Positions 1-11,352 of a stretch of DNA of 35,276 bases are shown here, piece after piece. Both the position numbers and the translations under genes were made by a program. The stretch is from Octopus bimaculoides. Taxonomy: Eukaryota. Location of the stretch: positions 8,883,075-8,918,350 of the forward strand of contig NC_068990.1 of assembly GCF_001194135.2 (NCBI RefSeq), given 5' to 3'. The notes beneath the pieces were generated by a model. The model was not told the DNA's origin, did not search any database, and saw nothing but the letters and a program-made list of their open reading frames with translations. The first letter of the stretch is position 1; every line of letters starts with the position of its first letter.

Positions 1-261
1 GGCATTAGGAGCGGGAAGTCGGCCTCGTTGAAAACCTTAGCCATATTCGTTTTAAAGAATATGGCTAGGAACGAGGAAGATATGTTTGAATTTTTGGAAA
101 TAAGGCTCTAAATAGAGCTATTTCCGATTTGAAAAATATATGTTCACGAAGTATTTTGTGTTATACACAACTTATACAAAATTTTAAAACAAAATAGGTC
201 TTTTAAGAGGTGAAAAATGCAACTTACATGGGAGCCGATGTGTCTACCGTCCGTCCATGAT

Positions 262-316
<55 letters not shown>
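262..316. repeat. (GATA)n microsatellite
   Basis: Pure tetranucleotide run directly abutting the 3' end of the RLE LINE relic. Confidence 0.98.
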
Positions 317-1145
317 TGTCACGCTGACTGTTATTACGATGAGGGTTCCAGTTGGAGTCAAAATGCATCTAGATAAGTTTTTTTTTCAAAATCAAGGTTT
401 TTCTAAGGATGTGGGTAGTACTTGTCAGCTCAATCGTTTGGATTTCTCTGAGACATGGCTTACCTGGGATCTTATCTAGATGTTTCTGACATCCCTATTT
501 TATCTTAACTAGAGCAACCACAATAACTAGAACAGTTCCCGTTTTGAGATGCCACATTTTTTATCGCTCAATTTCCAGGTCCTGTTATTTACTTAGTTTG
601 TCAAATTCCTTAACAGATGTACTTTTATCAATGGGAACTCTTACATCTATTACTGTACAAGTATAATCTTTTCAGTCTTTAATAATTATATGAGTTCGAT
701 TAGCCTGGATCGTTCTGTCAGTGTTGACTGGAAAATCCCAGAGGATAGCGACATTTTTGCCTTCAGCGACAGGTTCAGGATGACGTTCGTACCAGTAAGT
801 ATGAGTGCTAATTTTGTAGTGTTTACATATTTTCCAATGTAAATACTGTCCTACCCTGTCGTGGTGATTTTTATATTCGTTTGGTGTCAGCACAGGTATC
901 CCCAGACGAGATGGTCCATTGTTTCTTCAAATGTGTCGCAGAATCTGCATTTAGGGTCAGAACCGTTTTGAAGAACATTACCCTGGTAGTTTTTTTTTTT
1001 TTTTTTGTGAGCAAGCTTCGGTCTTGTGCCGCCAATATGAAACCTTCAGTCTCTTCTTTTAGTCCTAAATGTCTCAACCACTGATGGATTGTTGCTTGAT
1101 CTACATCAGCATTTCGACTTCGAGGTATATATACTATCCATGCAG
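317..1145 (-). mobile_element. 5'-truncated non-LTR retrotransposon relic, R4/Dong-like (RLE) clade: zinc knuckle plus restriction-like endonuclease C-terminus
   Basis: Minus-strand frames joined across frameshifts/stops read ..DVDQATIHQWLRHLGLKEETEGFILAAQDRSLLTK / NYQGNVLQNGSDPKCRFCDTFEETMDHLV / LTPNEYKNHHDRVGQYLHWKICKHY..ILWDFPVNTDRTIQANRTHIIIKD..VIDVRVP..KEFDKLSK*QDLEIE..KMWHLKT..HILRKTL. This gives the CxxC..H knuckle, an RHD-like motif and decayed PD..D..K endonuclease motifs of R2/R4-type elements. A T-run at about 990-1006 causes one frameshift. Confidence 0.9.
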
Positions 1146-1158
1146 AGGCTTATATTGA

Positions 1159-2005
1159 GGGCGGCGAGCTGGCAGAATCGTTAGTATGCCTGGAAAAATG
1201 CTTCGCGGCATTTCACCCGTATTAACGTTCTCAGTTCAAATTCCGCCGAGGTTGACTTTTGTCTTTCATCCTTTTGTGGTCGATAAATTAAGTATTTGTG
1301 AAACATTGAGGTCGACGTGATCGACTAGTCTCCTCCACAAAAGTCTCGGGCTTGTGTCTTTAGTAGAAAGAATTATGAAGAAAGGCGGTGGGTGGGCAGA
1401 ATAGAATCGTTAGCCCGCCAGCTGATATGCTTAGCGGAGTTCAAGTGCCACCGAGTTTGACTTTGCCTTTCATCTTTTCGGGATCGACAAAAAATGTACC
1501 AGTTGAGTACTGGGGTTGATGTAATCGACTACTCCTGTGCCCCCAATTTCAAGCTTTGTGTCTATAGTAGAAAGGGTTATTATTATTATGAAGCATTACT
1601 AGCACGCCGGGCAAAATGCTTAACGACATTTAGTCTGACTTTATGTTCTGAGTTCAAATCCTGCTGAGGTCCTCTTTGCCTTTCATTCTCTCAGGATCGA
1701 TAAAATAAGTACCAGCTGAGCTCTGCGGTTGATGTAATGTAATAATTCCGTTTAAAATCACTGGTCTTGTGCCAAAATTTTGATCCATTAAAGGCGGTGG
1801 GTCGGCAGAATCGTTAGTGTACCGGACAAGTTACTTAACGGCATTTCTTACGTTCTGAGTTCAAATGCAACCGGGTTCGACTTTGCCTTTGGTCTTTTCA
1901 GGGTCATTAAAATAAAGTACCAATTAAATACTGGAGTCGATGCAATCGACTAGACCGTGCTCGCAAAATCCAGACCCCTTGCCTATAGCAAAGAATCATT
2001 ATTAT
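1159..2005 (+). mobile_element. Head-to-tail array of four diverged tRNA-derived SINEs (family A): about 1159-1376, 1383-1589, 1598-1789, 1791-2005
   Basis: Copies 1, 2 and 4 start ggcgg.g.g.(t)ggcagaatcgttag (A-box-like; copy 3 lacks a clear head). All have a gagttcaa/cagttcaa B-box, then gactttgcctttcat...gataaaataagtacc-like sequence. Copies 1, 2 and 4 have gtcgat-N3-atcgac-like stems and (att)n tails. Confidence 0.88.
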
Positions 2006-2703
2006 TTTTTAAGACGCAATTTTTCAAGTTACAAGTGTGAGTTTCAAGTACTTACTTTCCCGAGAAGATCGGAAACGTGAAATTTTTTTTGTAGCTGCTA
2101 AGTTTCCGCTTCAAAGAAATATACGAAAATGTTCCTACGTTGAACTTTTCCACCTACCTTGTAATCACAAGCGTACACCTAAAGTCATATATATACAAAT
2201 AAGTGTGCTTGTGTGTGCTTGTGTGTATATGTATGCATGTATGTAAACACACATGCTAACACTACACATACACACATGCACACACTGGTTTATTCATTGA
2301 AAGAGAAACTTTCTCTGCGTCACCCATCCATCTCTTATTTATCACAACGAAAAATAGTAAGCGAAGTTACTTAACTTCTAGTAAGTTTTTATATACTTTT
2401 CGTATATAAATACACTTGCTTATATTCTATATTTTATTGTATATATATATGCCTGATGTTAAATTTTTTCCCTGTTTCTATGATGCCTGAAATTCTTGTG
2501 ATTCTGTTTATTGATAATTTTAATTCGTCACATCAGAAAATAAAATACTCTTTTTTTTAAAAATTATTTGCTTCATATATTATCGTGCAATACTCGATTG
2601 ATATACAACACATAAAGCAGAGGTAATGCTATCAGATATCCATTTATTTCGGCAATATCGTATGTATGTAGATACATGTGTACGGGGGGTACATGCACGC
2701 GTT

Positions 2704-2748
2704 TCTCTCTCTCTCTAGATATATATATATATATATATATATAGGTAT

Positions 2749-2811
<63 letters not shown>

Positions 2812-2835
2812 CATGCATATATATATATAGATATG
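2704..2835. repeat. Compound (CT)/(AT)/(CA)/(AT) microsatellite
   Basis: Seen directly; it explains the overlapping spurious ORFs. Confidence 0.95.
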
Positions 2836-3967
2836 TGTGTGTATGTACGTATGTATGTATATCTATGCGTGTGTGTTTAAGTTTGTAATTGTGCGTGTAA
2901 AAATGTATTACAGATATGATTATGTATATTTAGTAAATAGGCGTGCGTTCTTATTTACAAAAAGAGACTCCCAAAGTGCAACATCTGTTTCAATACAGGA
3001 TCTCACATCAATTCTTGCAAAGAATTCAGTGACTGTGTGTGTATATGTGTGTTTATGTGTATGTATGTATACACACACACACGCACACACACACACATNN
3101 NNNNNNNNNNNNNNNNNNNNATACACACATATATATAATGTATATATGTATGTATTGGATTTCTCTCCTTTACAGTTGTGTGCCATTTTCAGGTGTTCAG
3201 ATAATCTGTGAAATGTTAGTTTCTTTCTTATCTAAGTCATTTGTGATTAAAGATATCCGCGAGACATTCTCTCGCATAAAAATCTTATTTCTTTTTTGAG
3301 ATCGAGGCTGATTTCTTTTCTTTTTTCCTGTTTTGGCAATACATTTGATTCTCCTTATACACCTCTTTACTGCAGCTGTAACTTATTTAAGATTTTAAAA
3401 TTAGTTTTCCTTATAAAATTTGAAAATATTGAAAAACGTATCTGATGAAAAGATTAAGCTCTTAAATGTTTTATCTATCACTATATGTATAATTTGGTTC
3501 AGGTATTAAACAAAAGTGTACACGAACTTTATAGGGAAATGCATATATATATATAAATCGACTACATACACACATACGCGCGCACACAAACACACACGCA
3601 CGCTATATTTTTATGTTTCCGCAGAGTGCATCAGATAATACATATAAGATAATAGTGTTCAATTTAAAATATGTATCTACATTTTTCAATACAAAATAAA
3701 GGATTTATAGTCGAAGTTAGGTGTAGTTATAAAAATAGGAATGAAACGTCATGTTGAGGAGAACTAAGATTAAAAATAAACAATAAAATACTTAAATGTT
3801 TTGTATATCGCCACAAACATGCGTAAGCAAATGTATTGTTCAACTTCTTTAAACGTTTTCCATTATAAAGTTAAACTTCGAATCTTTAGAAAAATAAATA
3901 TAATGCTGCAGTAGAGAGATGTATTTAGAAACTGGATGTATTTCTATGTATGCATGTGTAAATAATT

Positions 3968-4155
3968 CTGTCAAATTTTGGAGCCAGGCCAGCAATTATA
4001 GAGAGAGATGGTAGTCGATAACATCGACCCCCGTGCTTGACTGTTTATTATTTTATCGACATCGTAAGGATGAAAGACAAAGCTGACTTCAATGAAATTT
4101 GAACCAAGAAAGTAAACAGCCGAAAGAAAGGCGCTTAACATTTTCTCCAGCAAGC
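3968..4155 (-). mobile_element. SINE family A copy
   Basis: Reverse complement of family A: gtcgataacatcgacccc, ttttatcgac, ggatgaaagacaaagctgacttc, atttgaac. Confidence 0.75.
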
Positions 4156-4385
4156 AAAAAATTTTGCCAGCTCACCGCTTTTGTGTATGTTATAAATAAA
4201 TAAAATGACAGCGAAGTGCACAACATGGAAAATGAAAAACCCCTCGCCATTAATGAAGTCTAAAATCATCACATTCAACTCAGTGATTGTAAATATGACT
4301 AAAATTTCCGGGAAAATACAAAGTGACACAGTTTAATGGAAAAAGATGTAGTTTTTCGACTACGCAGGGAACAAACAGACAGATC

Positions 4386-4428
<43 letters not shown>
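4386..4428. repeat. (GATA)n microsatellite
   Basis: Pure run seen directly. Confidence 0.97.
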
Positions 4429-4430
<2 letters not shown>

Positions 4431-4444
4431 AGCAATCAATTAAC

Positions 4445-4556
4445 AGAGTTGTTAGAACGCCGAATAATTGTCTTTGAAGCAATCGCTCTGACTCTATGTG
4501 TCCTGAGTTCAAATCCTTGCTTTTCATTGCTTACCTGTTGTTAAACAAAGTACCTG
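4445..4556 (+). mobile_element. SINE family A fragment
   Basis: gttagaacgccg..ctgagttcaaatcc..aaagtacc; internally deleted. Confidence 0.6.
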
Positions 4557-5495
4557 TGCTGTGCTAAGTTCGGTTCCTTTCTTTTCCTCACTCTAATTTC
4601 TGTCTGTAAGTTTTTCTTTCTGGGAGAAATTGGCTGTGACCAGACTTTGGAATTTATTCTCTATGCCAATTCTAAAGTTACTCTAAACATACCCTGCGAC
4701 TGTAACAAGGAGCTGTGGACACAAGGTTAGACAGACTAATTTCTTAGACATATGCTTAATGAATGACATTTCAAGCTCATCACCGGTTTTACCAGATCCC
4801 GAAGGATCAGTTTGTCTCCGTAACAGGAGGTAGTATTTAAACACAGAAAGCAAGACTCAATATTACCCTAAGATCCTATTTTATTTCTGACCCTAAAGGG
4901 ATGTAACGTAAATTTAAACAAAGCAGAATGACACCCCAGAACAAATACCACGAAGAATTCACTCTTATGCTCTATTACCTCTGTCAATTTGACGGCCATT
5001 TTTATGAAAGAAATATAATCTCTGTAAACATGACAGAGAGTGTGTTACCGAATTTAATATGCTACCATTTTTGCAGTTTCCCTATATTTTGTGGGGGGTT
5101 TTTTGGGGTTTTTTTTTAGTTTAGTTTTAAATTCACATTCTGGAAAAATCTAAAAATGCTTTTTATTTCTGCAAAATGAATTCTATATGAATACACTGTA
5201 TGCTAATAATTGCTAACGGGCCGTCACAAATTAAGAATTCCAACACCAGATATTTTGTCTCCTAGGTTGAATGGTTGAATTGCCTTTCATTTTCGTGCCT
5301 GTGAATGTGTGGAGGGGTTTGTTCAAAGCCTGTAGAAATATGTTTAAATACCACAGTTCCTAATCACTCTCCTTCAAATAAATAAAGACTACTTTCGTCT
5401 GTCTAAAGCAAATATATACTTATAGAATTTTACGTGTAACTTATATATTTCTCCCATCAATCCATACTTTGCTTTTAATACTATAATATTTTTAA

Positions 5496-5670
5496 GTGTG
5501 GTAGATTGGCAGAATTGTGGGAACGCCAGGCAACATATCCTCTGTATTCCTTTAGCATGTTACTTCCTGAGTTCATCTACCGCTGGAGTTGATAAAACAA
5601 GGACAGGGTTAACATAACTGACAATATACTCCTACAAAAATGTATGATCGAGCTGGTGTGAGAAATTAAT
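5496..5670 (+). mobile_element. Degenerate SINE family A copy
   Basis: ttggcagaattgt..acgccaggcaa..ctgagttca..gttgataaaacaag. Confidence 0.55.
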
Positions 5671-5854
5671 GTTGTAGGTATTTATGAGAGCAAGTGCAAT
5701 TGATAGTGCCTTACATTAGCTTCTTGCATCATTAATCATTTTAAATCCAAATGCAGCAGGGGTCAAGCTTGCTTTATATCGTTTCCGGATGGATAAAATA
5801 AAGCCTTTTGACTATCTGCGAAGTGACTATTGTAACTTTTACTTTCAAATTTCG

Positions 5855-5996
5855 CCAGGGGTGACTGTGTGGTAGAAAGATTTTTTACCAACCACATGGT
5901 CACAGGTTCAGTTCAACTGTATGGCACCTCTATAGACTTGGGCCGACCAAATCTTTGTGAGTGAGTTTGTAGACGGAAACCGAAAGAGGCCCGGTG

Positions 5997-6036
<40 letters not shown>

Positions 6037-6180
6037 NNNNNNNNNNNNNNNNNNNNNNNNNNNNNNNNNNNNNNNNNNNNNNNNNNNNNNNNNNNNNNNN
6101 NNNNNNNNNNNNNNNNNNNNNNNNNNNNNNNNNNNNNNNNNNNNNNNNNNNNNNNNNNNNNNNNNNNNNNNNNNNNNNNN

Positions 6181-6231
<51 letters not shown>

Positions 6232-6440
6232 GTGTTTGTGCCTGTGTTTGTCTCCACCACCGTTTGGCAACCGGTGTTCATGAGTTTACGTCCCCGTGAT
6301 CTAGCGGTCCAGCATAAGAGACTGAGGGAATATGTTCTAGGCTTTAAAATATGTTCTGGAGTCGATTTATTTGACTAAAAACCCTTCAAAGATGGGCGCA
6401 GTCAAAATGATTGAAATAAGTAAAATATAAAGATAAAAGA
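5855..6440 (+). mobile_element. tRNA-derived SINE family B (CORE-like body) with internal (TA)n-gap-(TG)n
   Basis: gactgtgtggta..caaccacatggt..ggttcagttc head; gggccgaccaaa..ttgtgagtg..gtagacggaaac body; microsatellite; then tttgtctcc..tttacgtccccg..ctggagtcgattt..gcagtcaaaatgattgaaa and purine tail. Matches the copies at 8840 and 30727. Confidence 0.85.
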
Positions 6441-6557
6441 TTGTTGCTCATTCTTCCAATTAATAAAAAAAAAAGTATTACTTATATGCTGTTGATTTAA
6501 TCGACAGTGACCATCCTTCACAAGTTACGACTGCGTATTATGGTGAAAAATAAATAT

Positions 6558-6751
6558 TATTGATTTCGAATTTTTCCACAAGGTCAGCAACTTTGAGACA
6601 GGGGTTAAATCGATTACATCGACTTCCAGTGTTCAACTGGTACTTATTTTATCGAAACCGGCACAATTTGAACTTTGAACGTAAAGTCAGAAAAAATGCT
6701 ACTAAGCATGTTTTTCCGGTACAGTGACGATTCTGTCAGTTCGCCGCCTTA
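6558..6751 (-). mobile_element. SINE family A copy, near full length
   Basis: Ends gacgattctgtcagttcgccgcctt (reverse complement of the family A head); contains tcgattacatcgac and ctggtacttattttatcga. Confidence 0.85.
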
Positions 6752-6955
6752 AGTATAAATATTATTAAAATGATGAAATGGAAGAAAAAGCGGAGTGTTT
6801 GATGGAACGCCATGCTGTAATTAGAAATTCAAATCTCGTTTGATGGAGTTACATCTGAGATAGAGAAAGAGAGAGGGAGAGATCTCTTTGACCGGAGTAC
6901 CTGCCTTTCATAAGGAATATTCCACGTTATATTGATTTATAATATAAACACTAGA

Positions 6956-7105
6956 TTTCTGAGTTCAAATTCCGCTGAGGTCGACTTTGCCTTTCATCCT
7001 TCCGTGGACGATAAAATAAGTACCAGCTGAGCACTGGGGTCGATGTAATCTATTTACACCCTTTCTTGAAATTGCCGGCCTTGAGCCAAAATCTGGAACC
7101 AATAT
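6956..7105 (+). mobile_element. SINE family A, 5'-truncated
   Basis: ttctgagttcaaattccgctgaggtcgactttgcctttcatccttccgtggacgataaaataagtaccagctgagcactggggtcgatgtaatc, close to the family consensus. Confidence 0.88.
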
Positions 7106-8681
7106 AAACAGTTGATTAAATATTTGGGGGAAAGGCATCATTGTTTATATTAGTCCAAATAATTTAGTATTAGTTTCTTCCCTCAACAACGGAAGAATAA
7201 AAGCTAAAATTCATCTCACCGTTTCAGATGTTAAAGAGTCCTATTTAAATACTACAAGGCATTTTGGCTGGCCTTCAACGTTTCTACCAATTTAACTTCC
7301 TCTTAGTATCCTAAATATTCCGCAATTAAATTTCCCTTTGCCTAGTAATTACATGAATTGATGCTCGGAGAATTAACGTCCAACAGAAATAGACAGCAAA
7401 ATAACTCATTTGATTTGAAGTCAAGCTCTACGAACTTGTGCTCCAATAATTCATCCAATCAACTACTTTATCTTCAACATTTTGAGTAAAATTTAAAATG
7501 TAATTTAAGTAAGATTTTGTTTCTTTCATGTGTGTTTTGCTGTTTAGGAATGTTCATTATTAAATATGAATTGGGAACATATCCTTTTTAGTCAATCAAT
7601 TATTCAGCCCCTTATCCTTTTAATGTCAATATACAAAACAATTAACCTGGAATATTTGCAGTGATATTGTATTTTATTACTTTTATTTTTAGTATTATTA
7701 TTATTCTCCATTAATTCATTTTTTTAGTTCAACTTGACACAGGCAATTGAATTTGATTCAGAAAATTGGTTTTCTATTCCACGCTCAGAATTAATTTTAA
7801 AACTAACAGAACTATTTTCTCTAAAGTAGTGTTTTTTTTTTCTATGTTTTCTTTATTATTTTTCTTGTCATTGTTCTCATTTAATTGATTATTTGTTTCC
7901 ATTATATTTCTGCAATGTTTGTTTTGCGCTCTTTGTTTCTCTGATATTTTTCTTCCGTGTTGACATTTTTGCGTTCCCATTGAGTTCCATATTTCTACAT
8001 AAAATGTGTTTCCCTTCCTCTGCTCCCCTTTGAATTCCTAACAATTTCTCTTTGTCTCTATCTCATGCTCGTTCTCTTAGATTTACACTACATATTTTTT
8101 ACAGCATCCCTGCAATTTCTTGTACCTAACCTTACTTTTAATATTTGTATTCTCATACAAAATTCTCCTACATTCACTTTCCAAAAATCCTTTCCCATCC
8201 ACAGACCTAACTTTACAATTATCCGGTAATTTCTCAACCACTATTTTTGTTTCGTTTCCCCTTCACTCATGGCAAATGTAAACCAAGTTTTAACTCGCTT
8301 ACGTCGATTGTTTGTCTCTCGCTATATTTAATATTCTCATAACTTCATTCTGATCTCGACTAATCAGATCAATATGCGGAATCCCATCTGGAAATCCAAT
8401 TGCAATTAACAACCAACTCTTCCAGGGACACAGGGCTAAATATCAGATTGTGATGTTCCTGATATTCTCGAAACTATAATGGAAGCAAGTGATATAAAGG
8501 TTATCTAAAATTAACCTAAAATTGGTAGTGAACTCGATTTGCTGAGAGTTTACCGTTACTGTGCAGAAGACTTTTACTTCTAAGAGTATACTGCCATCTT
8601 CCGAATATGGTAAACTAGTTTAAAAGTAAATTTGGAGGTTGAGATATTCATGTATAAGATATTTATTTATGTACATATATG

Positions 8682-8767
<86 letters not shown>

Positions 8768-8839
8768 TAAATGCATGCATATGTGCATTTATACGTGTAT
8801 ATCATATATGTTCATATGTATAAGCATAGATGCATAGAC

Positions 8840-8995
8840 GCAGGAGTGGCTGTGTGGTAGGTAGCTTGCTTACCAGCCACATGGTTCTGGGTTGAGTCCT
8901 ACTGCGTGGCAAGTGTCTTCTACTGTAGCCTCGGGCCGACCAAGGCCTTGTGAGTGCATTTGGTACACGGAAACTGAAAGAATCCCGTCGTGTAT

Positions 8996-9029
<34 letters not shown>

Positions 9030-9054
9030 GGATAAATAGATAGATAGATGTGTT

Positions 9055-9105
<51 letters not shown>

Positions 9106-9310
9106 GTGTGTGTGTTTGTCTCCCCAACATCTCTTCACAACCGATGTTGGTGTGTTTACGCCTCCGTAACTTAACGGTTCGGCTAGGAGACCGATAGTAT
9201 ATGTACTAGGCTTACAAAACATAAGTCCTGGTGCCGATGTTCTCGCCTAAAGGCGGTGCTCCAGCATGGCCGCAGTCAATGACTGAAGCAAGGAAAAGAA
9301 TAGAAGAATA
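8840..9310 (+). mobile_element. SINE family B, full length, with internal (TAGA)n+(TG)n
   Basis: gcaggagtggctgtgtggtag..cgggccgaccaaggccttgtgagtg..ggaaactgaaagaatcccgtcg [microsatellite] ..ggcggtgctccagcatggccgcagtcaatgactgaa..aaaagaatagaagaata. Confidence 0.9.
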
Positions 9311-9447
9311 TATATTATATATTATATATATATATATATGCGTGCTTGTGTGTATGTATTGTGTGCGCGCACCTGCTTGCGTGTATGTATGTATATATAC
9401 ATACATACATACATACATACTTACATACATACATACATACGTGCATC

Positions 9448-9505
<58 letters not shown>

Positions 9506-9510
<5 letters not shown>

Positions 9511-9895
9511 TCATCCCATAAATAATGCGGTTTTTTATACTTTTATTTTTCAAAATTAGGATAAACAAAATTCCTTTTTAATTTGAAATATACTCTCCTT
9601 CATTTTCGACAATGCTTTTCCATCTACCTAGTAGAATTGCAAGACATCTCTTCCAAAATTCACTAATCCGTGACGAAAAATACTCCTCCAGTACTGTTCT
9701 AACCTCGTCTATAGAATTCATATTGTTCCATCCAACAGATTTTGAAGACTGCAGAATAAATGATAATCAGATGGGGCAACCTCCGCAGAATATGGTGGCT
9801 GGAGCATCGTTTCCCATTCAAAATTCTCCAGCCTTTAGAATGTCATCCTCACTGTATTTGGCCGAGCATTATCCTGATGGAAGAACACCTTTTAT
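9506..9895 (-). mobile_element. mariner (DD34D) transposon relic: 3' third of transposase plus right TIR
   Basis: Minus strand reads HQDNARPNTVRMTF*RLENFEWETMLQPPYSAEVAPSDYHLFCSLQNLLDG, then after a frameshift NMNSIDEVRTVLEEYFSSRISEFWKRCLAILLGRWKSIVENEGEYISN*. Counted spacing is D-34-D. TA-gagtcatcccataaataatgcggtttt at 9506-9536 resembles a mariner TIR. Confidence 0.92.
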
Positions 9896-10721
9896 GAGTT
9901 GTACTATATGTTTCAGATACTAGTTAAAGGAATGGCTTTCTAGACCTCTGCAGGGCAACATTATTGAGCATATTCCTGTTTTATGAGAGCTCTCATGTCC
10001 ATCAGCTAATGTTATATCTAATGTGTTATTCTGTCGAGGAAGGAGGCTTGCAGGTTCTATATACATGTATTGATTTTTGATTAAGTTTATGACAGTAGTT
10101 CGTGTGTCCACATCTAGATTCTCAATCAAATTCTTCAAAAGAGGCAATTATCACCTCTCCCACTGAGATTGACACTGTTATGTCCGTTCATATCATGTGA
10201 TTCAACATGGCAATCTCTGTAAGGTCGTATATCGGTGGCTCTTGTTTTTCAGTGTATGTAGGATGCAAAATCAAATTTTCAGTGAGTTTCAGTATCATTA
10301 AATGAATTTATCTACAATATTGTTGAAGTACTTTATAGCAGGGTGCTGATTCATTTCTGTTGTGTTATGGTTCTTGCGTAGCTCATGTTTCCGCGTATAG
10401 AATTAAATATGTTCGCAAATTATCCCTAATACTTTCTTCTTAGTCTGATGAAATTTCAGATATATATATTTGATTTCTATCCGCAAATTGATTTAATCTA
10501 CGTGAGGCACCAAGTTATTATTTATGCTAAATGATGAGTCCTACCAACAACTCAATTACAATCATTTTCCACAAAAATATACATATGATAGTATGTGATA
10601 GTATGAAAACACGAGCTGGAGTGTTATTGTCGAGATTCTTATAGTTGTATCCTTTCAAGAAAAAGAAGATTTATACGCGGAAAGAGAAAGTAGAAATAGC
10701 CTCAAAAGAGGAAAATATGTT

Positions 10722-10835
10722 GCTGCTCACTACGATCGTTTCGACCCACCCTGCATCAATTCCTCACAGGTAGGATACTGTACACCTGGTAGAGGTGCAT
10801 CCCTCGTTGCAGAAGTGGCTCCTCAGGAGGATAAG
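10722..10835 (-). ncRNA. Minimal type-I hammerhead ribozyme motif (Penelope/retrozyme-like), stem I degenerate
   Basis: Minus strand: CUGAGGA (10826-10820), G..C closing pair with CCACUUCUGCA/UGCAGGGUGG stem II, GAAA (10742-10739), CGAUCG, UA. Predicted GUA cleavage lies between 10731 and 10730. Confidence 0.6.
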
Positions 10836-10888
10836 TAGGTAGGTAGGTAGGTAGGTAGGTAGGTAGGTAGGTAGGTAGGTAGGTAGGT
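10836..10888. repeat. (TAGG)n microsatellite
   Basis: Pure run immediately 5' (on the minus strand) of the hammerhead motif. Confidence 0.97.
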
Positions 10889-11180
10889 GCATATTATTTA
10901 ATAACAAATTGACTCAAATTTATGCAACTTGAAGTTTGGTATGCTCGCACAACAAACCTACCACATCAGGCATGTAGGGTTATATAGATCTCTATCTCAA
11001 GATGACTGACAATTTAGGTTCCTTCTACGAACTTAAGAAACTAAGGTGCATGAATCTGAGTGAAACTGTTATTAAATAAGATATGTAGCTCCTACCAAAT
11101 ACGTTAAGTGCCACTTTCTTCTACTTGTCAACCCGTCCATTTATAGTATACAAATACACACACTTATATAAATATATATA

Positions 11181-11352
<172 letters not shown>

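Noticed and set aside
1-111. GIRSGKS, resembling a Walker A motif, in frame 1
   Set aside because: The frame is cut by the window edge, closes after 36 codons and has no supporting motifs.
1159-1250. tRNA-like A and B boxes in SINE heads
   Set aside because: No cloverleaf, wrong box spacing and continuation into SINE bodies; not tRNA genes.
2977-3018. CNICFNTGSHINSC, resembling a CCHC zinc knuckle
   Set aside because: Spacing is Cx2Cx5Hx3C rather than Cx2Cx4Hx4C; the frame is short, bounded by a stop and a microsatellite, with no gag context.
4698-4711. 14-nt match (tccttgttacagtc) between the microexon candidate and the mariner relic near 26326
   Set aside because: Several 14-mer matches are expected by chance in 35 kb on two strands.
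9612-9923. 103-aa plus-strand ORF
   Set aside because: It is the antisense frame of the mariner relic.
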